Source of the DNA: Octopus sinensis
Lineage: Eukaryota
Reading direction: 5' to 3'
Assembly (NCBI RefSeq): GCF_006345805.1
Contig: NC_043005.1
Location: forward strand, 15,376,001 to 15,440,000
DNA length: 64,000 nt
Of the stretch, positions 26,299 through 38,490 are shown in pieces. Position 1 is the first letter of the stretch. Each line of letters starts with the position of its first letter. Under the pieces are notes generated by a model. It was not told the origin of the DNA. It ran no database searches and saw only the letters and a list, made by a program, of their open reading frames with translations. The position numbers and the translations under genes were made by a program.

Positions 26299-26875
26299 CT
26301 TTTCTACTCTAGGCACAAGGCCTGAAATTTTGGGGGAGTAGGGCCAGTTGATTAGATCGACTCCAGTATGCAACTGGTACTTAATTTATTAAACCCCTAA
26401 AGGATGAAAGGCAAAGTCGACCTCGGTGAAATTTGAACTCAGAACGTGAAGACAGATGAAATACCTATTTCTTTACTACCCACAAGGGGCTAAGCACAGA
26501 GAAGACAAACAAGGACAGACAAACAGATTAAGTCGATTATATCGCCCCCAGAGCGTAACTGGTACTAATTTAATCGATCCTGAAAGGATGAAAGGCAACG
26601 TCAACCTTGGTGGAATTTGAACTCAGAACATGAAGACAGATGAAATACCACTAAGCATTTCGCCTGGCGTGCTAATGTTTCTTAATTCTTTATTGCCCAC
26701 AAGGGGCTAAACATAGAGGGGACAAACAAGGACAGACAAATGGATTAAGTCGACCCCAGTGCATAACTGGTACTTAATTTATCGACCCCGAAAGGATGAA
26801 AGGCAAAGTTGACCTTGGCAGAATTTGAACTCTGAACATAACGGCGTGCTAATGTTTCTGCCAGCTCGCCGCCTT
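26299..26875 (-). mobile_element. SINE family 2 with internal tandem duplications and a 16-bp TSD
   Basis: TSD aaagtgtgcaaatatt (26283-26298) / aaagtttgcaaatatt (26876-26891). Confidence 0.88.
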
Positions 26876-26899
26876 AAAGTTTGCAAATATTAAACATGC

Positions 26900-28620
26900 A
26901 GGTATAAGAAAAATATTTCACTCTTCAAATCCTGAAAACTGACTGCAGTCATCCATAGCGCCCAAACCAGAAAAATCATCTGGATCATCAATACTATCTG
27001 AAGTGTTACTATCTTCAAACAAAATGTCATCTTCTGTCCTACCTTATGCATTACTGATACCACATTTTTAAAAAGATTTCACTACTACTTCAATTTTCAG
27101 TGTTCCATGATTTCAGGACTCACTCACACACCTGAGCAATTGTTGGCCTTTTCAAACAACCTGTTGGTGTTAGGTCATGATCCTTGGCTCTTATCCACTG
27201 ATTCCACTCTTCTTTCATAAATGCCTTAAAAGGCTTGTTGATTGATACGCCCAGTAGTTGTAATTGGCTTGTTAAACCACCAGGGATCACTGCCATTTTT
27301 GCTTTCAGTTTCTGCACCCTTTCTTTAATAGCCTTCGTTTTGTGGGTACGAAACTTGTCCCACACAAGAAGGGATGGTTTTTAAGGAGGCCACCAGAACA
27401 CCTTGACCAGACCTTATCTAGCCATAACTTCACTCCCTCTTCTTCCATCCACCTGTTAGAGTGGATGTGAACAAAAATTCCATGTGGAATTTTGTCTTTT
27501 GGTAAAGTTTTCCTCTTGAAAATAAGCAGCGGTGGCAGTTTTGTTCCATCAGCACAACATGATAGTACCACAGTATAATGGGTTTTCTAATGTCCAGATG
27601 TCATCATCATCATCATCGTTTAACATCCGCTTTCCATGTTAGTATGGGTTGGACGATTTGACTGAGCACTGGTGAACCAGATGGCTGCACCAGGCTCCAA
27701 TCTGATCTGGCAGAGTTTCTACAGCTGGATGACCTTCCTAACGCCAACCACTCCGAGAGTGTAATGGGTGCTTTTACATGCCACCAGCACGCGGGCCAGT
27801 CAGGCGGTACTGGCAATGGCCATGCTCAAATGGTGTTTTTTACATGCCACCTGCACAGGAGCCAGTCCAGCAGCACATGCAACAACCTCACTTGAATGTT
27901 TTTTCATGTGCCACAGGCACAAGTGCCAGTAAACGCTGGTAACGATCACGCTTGAATGTTGCTTTTTATGTGCCACCATAACAGAAGCCAGTTAGCTGCT
28001 CTGGCAACGATCATGCTCGGATGTCTTTACACATATGGTTTTGGACCATTTAGCATCCATTGTTCTATTTGATACCACATCAAACGTTAGTGACACCTCA
28101 TCCATGTTTCTGATCTGACCCAGTTCATAGTCAGTCTCTTTTCTTTCACTGATTATGAACCTGTGAAATTTGATATTTTGTTATAATCTTCAGGCATTTT
28201 TGGTGCTATTCATGTTTTCATTTTCATTGCCAGTCTATGCCTCTTCATAAATCTGTAATACCAGCTTGATGTGCCACAAAAATCATCCAGGCCTCGTGCT
28301 CCTGCCCTCTCTTTTGATTCATTAATAATCATTTTTATTGATACAGTAAGACACGAATTTCACCCTGTAACTATCCACTCCTTCATCTCTTGCTCCAGTT
28401 CTGGCCACTTAGCTGCAGTTTGATGCAGGTTACATTTAAGTCTTGATGCAAGCTTCAACAGGTCCTCATGTTCCTTCCAGTTGCGGATCATTTTTATCAG
28501 TTGGTGTTACTCTAAAATGCCTCTCTGCAGCCCTGTTGTCATGCTGTTTGGCATATTCAATCACTTGTAGCTTGTAGCCAATTGTGCAAGAGTATCTTAT
28601 GCTTGAGGTTGCCATAATAA
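26900..28620 (-). mobile_element. Decayed pogo/Tigger transposon (BrkDBD + HTH_Tnp_Tc5 + DDE_1, POGK-like)
   Basis: MATSSIRYSCTIGYKLQVIEYAKQH; WPELEQEMKEW; MDEVSLTFD; KTHYTVVLSCCADGTKLPPLLIFKRK; IPGGLTSQLQLLGVSINKPFK. Stops and frameshifts present. Confidence 0.9.
27603..28019 (-). mobile_element. RTE-tail element inserted into the pogo transposase
   Basis: GATGTC duplicated at 27597-27602 and 28020-28025; removing the insert restores KTSGH*KTHYTVVL. Confidence 0.85.
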
Positions 28621-28799
28621 CAGTTATGCTAAAAATTTTAAGTAAAATCTTCTGAAGTTGCAGATCACTCCTAATGTCAGCAGGTCCAGGTTTAAACTGG
28701 TTAAGACCATAGCTTTCAGAGATCAAGGAGGAAGCCTATGTTGCTGTTTAAACACAACAGGTTTCATCACAGAGAGTGAGTTAGTGATTATGATAGTAT

Positions 28800-29090
28800 T
28801 CATCATCATCGTTTAACGTCCGTTTTCAGCGCTAGCACGGGTTGGATGGTTCGACCGGGGTCTGGGAAGCCAGGAGGCTGCACCAGGCTCCAGTCTGATC
28901 TGGCAGTGTTTCTACAGCTGGATACCCTTCCTAACGCCAACCACTCCGCGAGTGTAGTGGGTGCTTTTTACGTGCCACCTGCACAGGTGCCAGGGGGGTC
29001 TGACATAGGCCACGATCAGTTGGTGTTTTTAACGTGCCACCGGCACGGAAGTCAGCCAATGGAAGTCAGCCAACGGAAGTTGGCATTGAG
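28800..29090 (-). mobile_element. RTE-type 3' tail element
   Basis: (cat)n-cgtttaacgtccg...gatacccttcctaacgccaaccactcc; same family as 16.6, 20.8 and 27.6 kb. Confidence 0.8.
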
Positions 29091-29292
29091 TATTGTTATT
29101 AATATTTGCTTGTAAACCTTTTTAACATACTGCAGTTTTACTTCTTTCATCACTTAATAATGTTCCATTAAAGTCAGGTTGTTTGAAGAGAGTGACAATA
29201 CAGGAAATATAGATACACATGTAAAATATCACTCGTCAGTCGCCTCATCTAACATACATTACCCATACAGGAACGAATTTTTGTGATTACTC

Positions 29293-29690
29293 TTACTCTT
29301 TTACTTGTTTCAGTCATTTGACTGTGGCCATGCTGGAGCACCACCTTTAGTCGAGCACATTGACCCCAGGACTTATTCTTTGTAAGCCTAGTACTTATTC
29401 TATTGGTCTCATTTGCCGAACTGCTAAGTTACGGGGACATAAACACACCAGCATCGGTTGTCAAGTTATGTTGGGGGGGACAAACACAGACACACAAACA
29501 CACATATATACATATACATATATACGGCAGGCTTCTTTCAGTTTCCATCTACCAAATCCACTCACAAGGCTTTGGTCGGCCCAAGGTTATAGTAGAAGAC
29601 ACTTGCCCAAGGTGTCATGCAGTGGGATTGAACCCAGAACCATGTGGTTGGTAAGCAAGCTACTTACCACACAGCCACTCCTACGCCTAT
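29293..29690 (-). mobile_element. SINE family 1, full length
   Basis: Reverse complement of the 281-663 structure. Confidence 0.85.
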
Positions 29691-29889
29691 TGTGTATATT
29701 TAAAAAAATTTATGATACTTTTGTTTATTTACTACTTCAAAGTATAAATTATACACTTCACTGAGTGGTCATATATAGGGGTTCAGATTACTGTCTAACA
29801 TAGATAATTTTCCTCTGGGGTTAGGATATGCCTATGAAAAATGTAACTTTCAACCTCCAAGACGTATGGTAGAATTTTTGAGACTTGTT

Positions 29890-30700
29890 GGGTTGGCAAA
29901 AATGTAATTTCGGTTTTTCAGTGCAAAATAAAAGTCATTTTTTTTTCATACAAAGAATAAACTTTAATCAATTATATATTTTATGTTTCGTTTGATGACC
30001 TTTTGCTGTCTTTCTGGCAACTTCATGATTCCGCACTCATAGAAATTGAAATCTGGCAAAAAGGGCAGGTGCAGAAGTGATGCCATGTTGTTTTCGGCGA
30101 GTAACTCACAAGTGAAGAGAGCTCAGTGATGGGGGGGGGGGGCATTGTCATGAAGAATCCAATTCTTTGTGCTCCACAGACCTGGTCACTTTTGCCGAAT
30201 GTCCTCCTTCAAACACTTTGAAACATCACAGTAAAACACTTGATTTATAGCCTGGTCCTGGTGATGGGGTGAATTCTCAATGCACAATACCACATTTCCT
30301 GGGGTGATGCTCATGGAAGGTCTTCCAGATTGTTCATTTTCCAGAGACCTTTCTCTGCTTTTGAAGCACCTGTGCCACTCGAGACATTGCACATGACCCT
30401 TTGTCTTGTCACCGTAAGCTTGCTGAAGCATGCTCAATGTCTCTGTAGCAGACCTCACAAGTTTAACGCAAAATTTCATGTTGGCTCTTTGTTCCTGTCC
30501 ATGACAAAATCACAGACTACAGCAGACACATGATTACAAAAACACAAATTTCACAACTTCTGAAGTAAACCCAATGATGTCACTTGGCATACTGCCCCAT
30601 GAAGATAACTGCTAGCTCTCACTGCACACACAACTGTGTGATGCCATCTAATGGTACACTACAGAACTAGTCTGGGAACTTTTTGATACCATTTTGTATT
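29890..30700 (-). mobile_element. Two adjoining mariner relics (3' end at 29890-30050; N-terminal HTH + TIR at 30090-30700)
   Basis: GIMKLPERQQKVI at the C-terminus; MKFCVKLVRSATETLSMLQQAYGD...EQSGRPS HTH; TIR-like tacaaaatggtatcaaaaagttcccagac on -. Confidence 0.7.
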
Positions 30701-32239
30701 GTCTCTACTCATTCACCAATCACTTTACAGAATGTTTTGGGTGCATTTATTCAGGGCACCAGCACAAGTGAGGTTGCCTGAAACTGAGCATGACTATAGA
30801 GCTCCCATTATGTTATATATCTGGCAACATGCTTAAGTAAGTGAATAGAGGAGAGGGTAATGACAAATGCTGCACTAGAAAAACTGTGAGAGCATGATGG
30901 GAGAAACAGAGTTGTTGGGGTGAGAGGAAGGAAGAGAAGAGGAGTAATATAATGTAAGAGATAGTGTTAGAGGGAGTAATAGAAGAGAGTCAGTAGTGAC
31001 AGTTGTTAAAAAGAAAGAGTAGTTGTGATGACATATTTTGTGATAAAATAGAGGGGAAAAGAGAGAAATAGGAGAGAAAGAGAAAGAGAGAGAGAGAGGT
31101 GATGGATAGTTACGGAGATGAGTAATGGTAAGAGAAAGTGATGTGTGCCAATCATGAATTACCTGGGGAGCGAGGAAGTATTGAGTAGCATGGTGATGGT
31201 GGGGTGTGTCTGAGGCAAACAGATCTGAAAGAATCCATAATGAAAGGAATGAAGGAGAGTGAGTGAGTGAATGAGAGGGAGAGAGAGAGAGAGAGAGAGA
31301 GGGGAAGAGAGGGGGACAGAAGAAGAGTGATAAGGATGGTGGAAGGAGTTGAATATGGAAAGATGCGTTGCTATCCTATGTTATATAGGCAGCATGGTAC
31401 AGTGAGTAGTTGATTGGGGAGAAGGTGAGTGACAAAGAGGTGTTGTAGAGACAGGTGGTCGTGCAGAGAGTGAAACTGAAGATGGGTGAACGATAGAGGG
31501 CCTTCATAGCATGCTACATATGAAGTCTATCTTCTCTGTCATCCTTCTTGTGATCCCTCTACAGCTCTCGTCTGAACAAATATATTTGGAGTATAGAAAC
31601 TGGTGACTGAGTACTCAATACATTATGTAGAGCGTATTTATTCAAAGCTTATGATTCACTCTTATTTTCACTCTGTCTTTTTTAAAGTGTCTGTGGAATA
31701 CTTGGCCACTTGTACAATATAATAGAAGAATCCATCAATATATAACAGTAATGATAAAGTAATGAGTGACCTTTGAGGAGAGAGAGAGAGTGATAGCTAG
31801 CAGTATGAAAAAGTGATGGTGAGGTGTATAAGATATGAGAAAATCTGAAGGAGTCTTTCATATTAAAGTCATTATGATAGGAGGGAGAGAGGCAGAATGG
31901 TAAGGAACATTGTTGCCTCATGCCTTTTTTGGGGGGTTGACACCCACCCCGGCACTCAACATTTCACCCACCACCACCTCAACCACCACTGCGGTTCGGC
32001 AAAAGAGACCGATATGATAGGTACTGGGCTTACAAAGAATAAGTCCCAGGGTCGATTTGCTCGACTAAAGGCGGTGCTCTATCATGGCTGCAGTCAAATG
32101 ACTGAAACAAGTAAAAGAGAGAAAAAGAGTAATACAAGAAAAATCAAACCCAGGACATCTGCAAAGGCAGAATTACGCAACAAATGAAATATGAATAGAA
32201 AATAAATAGGAAGGAAATAGAATTTTGGATACAAGAATA

Positions 32240-32330
32240 GGCGAAGGTAAAGAATACACACACCCAGTGTTAGGGGTTAGGCTTAGGGTTACGCTGAAAA
32301 CGGGTGGTGTGCGTATTCTTTACCCCCGCC
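32240..32330. mobile_element. 91-bp MITE with a TTAGGG-like core
   Basis: ggcgaaggtaaagaatacacacaccc and the reverse complement of gggtggtgtgcgtattctttacccccgcc form TIRs around gttaggggttaggcttagggtta. Confidence 0.7.
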
Positions 32331-32672
32331 ATGATAATAATCCAAAGGTGGAAATATTTAAAGAATTTAAATAGATATTTCTATTGACCAACAAAAGATT
32401 GTCACACAGTCAAAGATAAGACTTATTGATAAGAGAGCTACAACAATGAAAAAACAAACACAAAACAAGTGCGAGTACCATTAATGTCAAAGATAAAATG
32501 ATATATGCAACAACAAATGTAGTGCCCAAAGGAAAATGGATATTCACAGAAAACTTCATATGGGAGTATCAAAACCCAAGCTAATAATGTGGAAAACACG
32601 CACGCACGCACACACACATATACATCCCCGACCCCGCACACACACACACACATTCCAGATATCTCTGCTTAA

Positions 32673-33066
32673 TCTTTATATATAAAAGTAAGGTTGTGTG
32701 CTGTCTGTCGCCTACGAGTTAGATTCCTAACTACTCCCACATTTTGCGGTGCAGTTTAACCAAAACCGGGTATCTTATAGACGTGATTCATATTGAGCCC
32801 TTCTGGGTATTAGCGCGCGTCTACGATGAGTCAACGATTAAAAAAAAAATTACCATCAATTTTTCCCATTTTTAATGCATTTTGGCATATATAAGGGAAG
32901 TAACTCTCTAAAAATTTATTATTAAATCTCAGAACGTAAAAAGCTACAGTAACCCCCCCACTTTGTGGTTAGCCATATTGAGATGTCTATTATACTTTAC
33001 ATCTCTAAAAATGCTTATATAGTTATTTCCCTTACAAACCCGAGCAACGCCGGGCGATACTGCTAG
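32673..33066 (+). mobile_element. Non-autonomous Helitron
   Basis: A|TC ... hairpin ... CTAG|T. Confidence 0.9.
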
Positions 33067-33282
33067 TGAAATAATAGAAAGAGACGTAAATGAAAAACTG
33101 AAGACAACTGCAAAATAATATGATAACAAAAAGAAGCACCCGAAATAAAAGAACACTCCAAACAAGATACTCTCATTAAATCGTACAAATCTGCAATTAT
33201 TCCTATGAAGCAACCTGTATGTGTGACTTGTATGTGTGACTCGATACGGGACCATTCAATCTGTGGTAGAAAAATAACGATT

Positions 33283-33650
33283 ACTCTTTTACTTGTTTCA
33301 GTCATTTGACTGCGGCCATGCTGGAGCACCGACTTTAATCGAGCAAATCGACCCCAGGACTTATTCTTTGTAAGCCTAGTACTTATTCTATCGGTCTCTT
33401 CTTGCCGAACCGCTAAGTTACGGGGACGTAGACACACCAGCATCGGTTGTCAAGCGATGTTGCGGGGACAAACACAGACAAACACATACATATACGACGG
33501 GCTTCTTTCAGTTTCCGTCTACCGAATCCACTCACAAGGCTTTGGTCAGCCCGAGGCTATAGTAGAAGACAGTTGCTCAAGATGCCATACAGTGGGACTG
33601 AACCCGGAACCATGTGGTTGGTAAGCAAGCTACTTACCACACAGCCACTT
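33283..33650 (-). mobile_element. SINE family 1
   Basis: Reverse complement of the family 1 body and head. Confidence 0.85.
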
Positions 33651-34383
33651 TGAATACAACATTCCATTTATATTCTTTGACAAGTATTTAGAATACGACA
33701 GAAATTGTTTGGTCTAAAAGAAAGTATTGGTAGTAATTTAGATGTTTGAAGATATTGCTTTCTACTAATTTAGATACTTTAAGCCCGTATCTTGTCCACG
33801 GTCACGGTTGTACTATTATGATCATTCTTCAGGTGGCGAGCTGGCACATTCATTAGCGAATTTCTTCCGGCTCTTAACGCTCTGAGTTCAAATTCCGCCG
33901 AGGTCGACTTTGTCTTTCATCCTTTCGTGGTCAATAAAATATGTACCAGTTGTGCATCGATGAAATCGACTTAACCCCATTCCTCTAAAGTTACTGGCCT
34001 TGTGCCAAAATTCGAAACCACTATCATGAACCATCATAAAAGTTAGTTCCCCTGAAATAGCTACTAAGAGTGATTCCCCTTGTAATATTTCTTGTTACTC
34101 TTGTTTCTTTGCGCGTATAAATAGAATTGATTAGTTCTTTTCTGTAATGATTTCATTTACATCTAGAATGCAGTCGGCTACAGTACTTGACTGGTATTTT
34201 ATTTCATTAAACCTAGAAAAGATAAGTTAAAAGTAAAGGACTATAAATAAATACCGATGTCATTTTGTCAGACGCGCTAAAGATTCTGCCAGATCAGAAA
34301 AGGAAAGTATGATTTACAGACGCTATGCAAATATGTCTTTGTATCACTTCCACCCTAAACTGGAGATAGGCGACACAAGGAAA

Positions 34384-34779
34384 TCTTTATATATAAAAGC
34401 GAAGTTGTGTGTCTGTCTCCTACGATTTAGATTCCTAACTACTCCCACATTTTGCGGTGCAGTTTAACCAAAACCGGGTATCTTATAGTCGTGATTCATA
34501 TCGAGCCCTTCTGGGTATTAGCGCGCGTCTACGATGAGTCTACGATTTAAAAAAAAATTACCATCATTTTTTCCATTTTAATGCATTTTTTCGCTATTAT
34601 ATAAGGGAAGTAACTCTCTAAAAATGTCTACGATGAGTCAACGATTTAAAAAAAAAATTACCATCATTTTTTCCCCATTTTTAATGCATTTTTTTGCTAT
34701 TTTTTGGCTATAACTCTCTAAAAATGCTTATATAGTTATTTCCCTTACAAACCCGAGCAACGCCGGGCGATACTGCTAG
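34384..34779 (+). mobile_element. Non-autonomous Helitron
   Basis: A|TC ... hairpin ... CTAG|T; internal duplication of gtctacgatgagtc...ttaccatcattttt. Confidence 0.9.
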
Positions 34780-35655
34780 TCTGTTATAAGGGTCAAGTGA
34801 TGAAGAGATTATTTCGGCCTAGCTAAAGGCATCTGGAAAATGTAAAACTGCTGTGAAAGAAAAACTATTGTTCCACCGTGGGAAAAGTTCTGTTGCAGTG
34901 TTAATTTTTATTTGGCTATGGTGGATCGAATCCACTTCATGCATGCAAGACCCACAACATGTTTATCGATTGAAATATATGATCTTTTGCACAAAAACTG
35001 TTTCTGATATAGACACAAGGCCTGACTTTTTTTAAGTACTTGACTATTGCTTTATTTTATCGCTGAAAGGCAAAGTTGATCTAAAATAGGAATGCAAATT
35101 AGCAGAATAAATACTGCAACGCATCTTGTCCAATTTTCTAATGATTCTGCTTAATGAGATTTCAGTCCAAGATCTCCATTTAAATTCTAAATTTTTCATA
35201 GAGAACATTTCCGGATAATCATTGCTGAAAGGGTTAATTAAATAAATTGCATAATAGAAGACTAATAAAAATGTTCTAGAGAAAGGATATAGAACTTCTA
35301 GTAAGTCCGTAAAAATCGCTCCCCATTACTTGAGAATAGATAAGGTTGAGGTTGGGGGAGGAAAATAAGTTCTCTACTTTACATGGGGAAATTGACGCGA
35401 AGAAATATATAATTGATTCATGATTCATTGTTGCAGTTGTTACCCCCAAGTCAGTAGTAGCCAAAGATGATCAAGCATGACTATACGTTTTCTTTCGAGA
35501 AATTTAGGACTACACTATCTAATGTGATCAACCTAAGCAGCTGACCTATGCTACTGATTGGGAGAGGAAGCCGGATGTGTCTTCTCTGGGAAGACCCTCT
35601 TCCTGTACCCCGCATATCGATAATAAAGAGAATGTGTTTATGTCCTTACTTAATC

Positions 35656-35841
35656 CAATTTTCCGCAACCTTTTTCCACTTGCGGTATACTTATATTGTT
35701 TTCAAAACTCGGCGACACACTTAAACTAAAAATATAACTAAAAGTATAAAGAAAAAAATTATATTCAGATTACACTGCGGCACACCTAGCATCATCTCGT
35801 GGCACACCAGCGTGTCGCCGCATACCAGTTGCGGAGCACTG
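35656..35841 (+). mobile_element. hAT-type MITE
   Basis: CA...TG termini, repeated gcggcacac subterminal motifs, 8-bp TSD acttaatc (35648-35655) / atttaatc (35842-35849). Confidence 0.8.
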
Positions 35842-36450
35842 ATTTAATCTACAATACGATTTTTTAATATTTGAGTTTATTTAAGTTCTTCTGATTTGCA
35901 CTGCTTTGTGCATCATTTATCTTTTACTTGCTTCAGTCATCAGGCTGCGGCCATGCTGGGGCACCTCCTTGAAGGGCTTAGTCATACAAATCAACCGCAG
36001 TGTTTATTTTTAGTCTTATTTGCCGTAAACAAACGCATACATAAATAGACAAACATAGGGATACGCATAAATACACACGCTTAGCTATACACATACATAA
36101 ACATACAACGGGCTTCTTTCAGTTTCCGTCCACTCACAAAGTACATATATAATAAGAACAATAATAGACAGGCTGTCAAGCATACATAATGTGTAGGTGT
36201 GTTCAAACAAGGGTGTATGCGTGTGAGATAAAATACAGAGCATAGAAATGAGTCTGTCAGGACGCTAGAAGTTCAGACACAAGATGAAGATAAATACCAG
36301 TTCGTAGTAAGGCACACAATAGTTGAAGTTCTGTACAAGAAGTTGAGGCGAAAAGGGCAGAGCTGGTTTCTGCACATGTCGTGTAGAGGTTGCGGCTTCT
36401 ATGCTGTGCCGAGTTACTTGATACAAAAGGTACTCGCAGGTTGAGCTTAC

Positions 36451-36710
36451 TGTTAACCATGGTGAAGTATTCACAAACAGTGAGAAGTTAAACCTGGGCG
36501 AAGTTACTGTTAGCGTCGTTAAGATGAAGGCGACGGAGATGGAGGCGTCGTTAAGATTGAAGGCGACGTTAAGATGAAGGTGACGGAGATGGAGGTCCTG
36601 CATGCTGCGGTGTTGGCTGTCGCTGGAACTGGCTGTGTGTCGCTCGAACTGGCTGTGTGTCGCTGGAACTAAGCTGGGTGCTCTGTAGTCAGTGGTGAGA
36701 ACCAAAGACG
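36451..36710 (-). other. Candidate first exon of an unidentified - strand gene or lncRNA
   Basis: Starts ~25-30 nt past the TATA box. Contains caccATGG at 36460 and ends at an ACA|GTAAGC donor (intron starts 36450). Downstream exons not found. Confidence 0.3.
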
Positions 36711-36920
36711 ACATATGGTGAATCGCTAAAGCTTTTATAGCAAATTATAGGCTCAAACGGAGCATTTAGAAGACTGTGCCACGGGACCTTATCAGAAGGT
36801 TGCGATTGGTTGGGTTGCATATTGGCGCGTAATACAGCAAGAAACAAACTGCGCCAATACCAACCAGAGTAGTGGACAGAATAGGGCCCAAGCGGCCGAA
36901 AGTTATCTGTTATCTGATAC
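36700..36920 (-). promoter_or_regulatory. Candidate Pol II promoter firing leftward (TATA + CCAAT + GATA sites)
   Basis: TATAAAAG on - at 36739-36732; CCAAT on - at 36809-36805 and 36825-36821 and on + at 36854-36858; WGATAR sites at 36789, 36903 and 36910; CpG-retaining. Confidence 0.45.
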
Positions 36921-36934
36921 GTCTGTATTTATGT

Positions 36935-36978
<44 letters not shown>

Positions 36979-37510
36979 TCATTAAGAGTACGCTACAGTA
37001 GAGTACATATTTATTGACTTTTACAAGTAAAAGATTGACAGTGACTTCGAAGTTGCGGCTTGTTCGCTTTTATGAAACTGTCTGATGAATGCGAAGAAGT
37101 TGAAACTTATTTAAAATGTATAATTTAATATAAGCGCAGTTGCGGCTGTATTGTTAAGAATGTCATTACATAACCATATGCTTTCGGGTTCATTCTATTC
37201 AACACCGTTTAAAAAAATGTTTAATATACTAAACATTGGTGGTAACAATCTTCTATGGTATGTAGAAGGTTAAATGGCGTTAGAATGTTTGAAAATAAGA
37301 CATTTCGACGCTTCTTCGTGTCCAGGGTCAAGCGAAAGTGAAAGTATTTATTTTGTCATTTACTGGTGATTTCCAGGATTTGAAATGAAAATGCTTCTTT
37401 GCTGCAAACTGAAACTGTTAAGTAACGAAAGTAAAATAGTTGACAGTGAAGAGTGTTAACACCCAGCGTAGTGTTACTCATATAGATGTGTTTATCAAAT
37501 ATTAAAGTTC

Positions 37511-37759
37511 AGATCTTTCCTGTTGGGCTCACACTTTTTGAAATTTGGTATATTAATGTAATTTTTCACGCCATAATTAGCTAATTTTTCACGCCATAAT
37601 TAGCTAATCTTTCACGCCGTAATTAGCTAATTTTCACGTCATAATTACAAAACTTAGCTTACAGAACTACAACAATACACCAAATTTGAAATCATTTTGC
37701 GTCGAAATCAATTTGAAATCAATTTGAATCAAAAAGTGTGAGGTAAACAGAAAAGATCC
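37511..37759. mobile_element. MITE with TIRs and four internal ~21-22-bp tandem repeats
   Basis: gatctttcctgttgggctcacacttttt vs aaaaagtgtgaggtaaacagaaaagatc; core (tttcacgccataattagctaa)x4 at ~37563-37650. Confidence 0.7.
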
Positions 37760-37767
37760 CTCTAATT

Positions 37768-38490
37768 TACAGGGTGCATCGTAAGTAATTCCTGATTGAA
37801 TTTTAGTCATAATTTTTAGAAAAAGGCTTGAAAATATATGACTTCTTCAGGATTTAATTAAATATAGTCACGTAACATATTAAGATACGTTTCATTCAAT
37901 ATGACAGCCTTTAGCTTTCACAATCGCCCGGAGACTGCCGAGAACAGTCACATGAATGCCGGACAACTTCTTCACTTAAGCGATCCCATGACGTGACTAA
38001 GGCTTACATCAAAGTGGTCATATTTTTGTAAGAAACTTTCGAAACGTCACTTTCTTGAATGGACCAAATAGCGAAGTCCATAGGGTTGACGTCTGGTCTG
38101 GAGGGGTGAGGGCACACATTCTTGTCCCAGAGTCCGTTGGAATGGTTCTTGCACCGCTGCTGTGTCACAGTGGACGTATAAAAAGGAGCGCCGTCTTTCG
38201 TGAAAACGCAACTATGGCAAAACATTATCTTCAACATTTTCACGTAAATTGCCGAATTGACCTTCGTCCCTTCTTTAATGAACACCAAAAGAGATTTTCC
38301 ACCATCGGATGACACTGCCACTCAAACCATCACTTCCGCGGGTTTCATTCAGCGAAACACCTTACGGGCGCCTTCGAGAAGGGTATCCGATCTCGTGGCC
38401 AAAATCCTGTCATTCTGGGTGTTCGCTACTGTCTCCACAGCGAATATCTTTTCACTCGACCAGATGAGGACATTGTTATCGGTGCTCTGA
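37768..38490 (-). mobile_element. Decayed Tc1/mariner (maT-like) transposase 3' half with TIR
   Basis: TACAGGGTG terminus at 37768; SEKIFAVETVANTQNDR, VAVSSDGGKSLLVFIKEGTKVN, DGAP...RPDVNPMDFAIWS. Confidence 0.82.

Noticed and set aside
36265-36714. 149-aa ORF as a stand-alone gene
   Set aside because: Its ATG is probably at or upstream of the predicted TSS, its composition reflects leader repeats, and it has no recognisable homology. Kept only as a promoter/first-exon candidate.
37082-37110. CTGATGA...GAAAC hammerhead-like motif
   Set aside because: No stem II, I or III can be formed; chance match. The CTGATGA at 42185 and 52687 lie inside the helicase relic and MOB4 exon 2.
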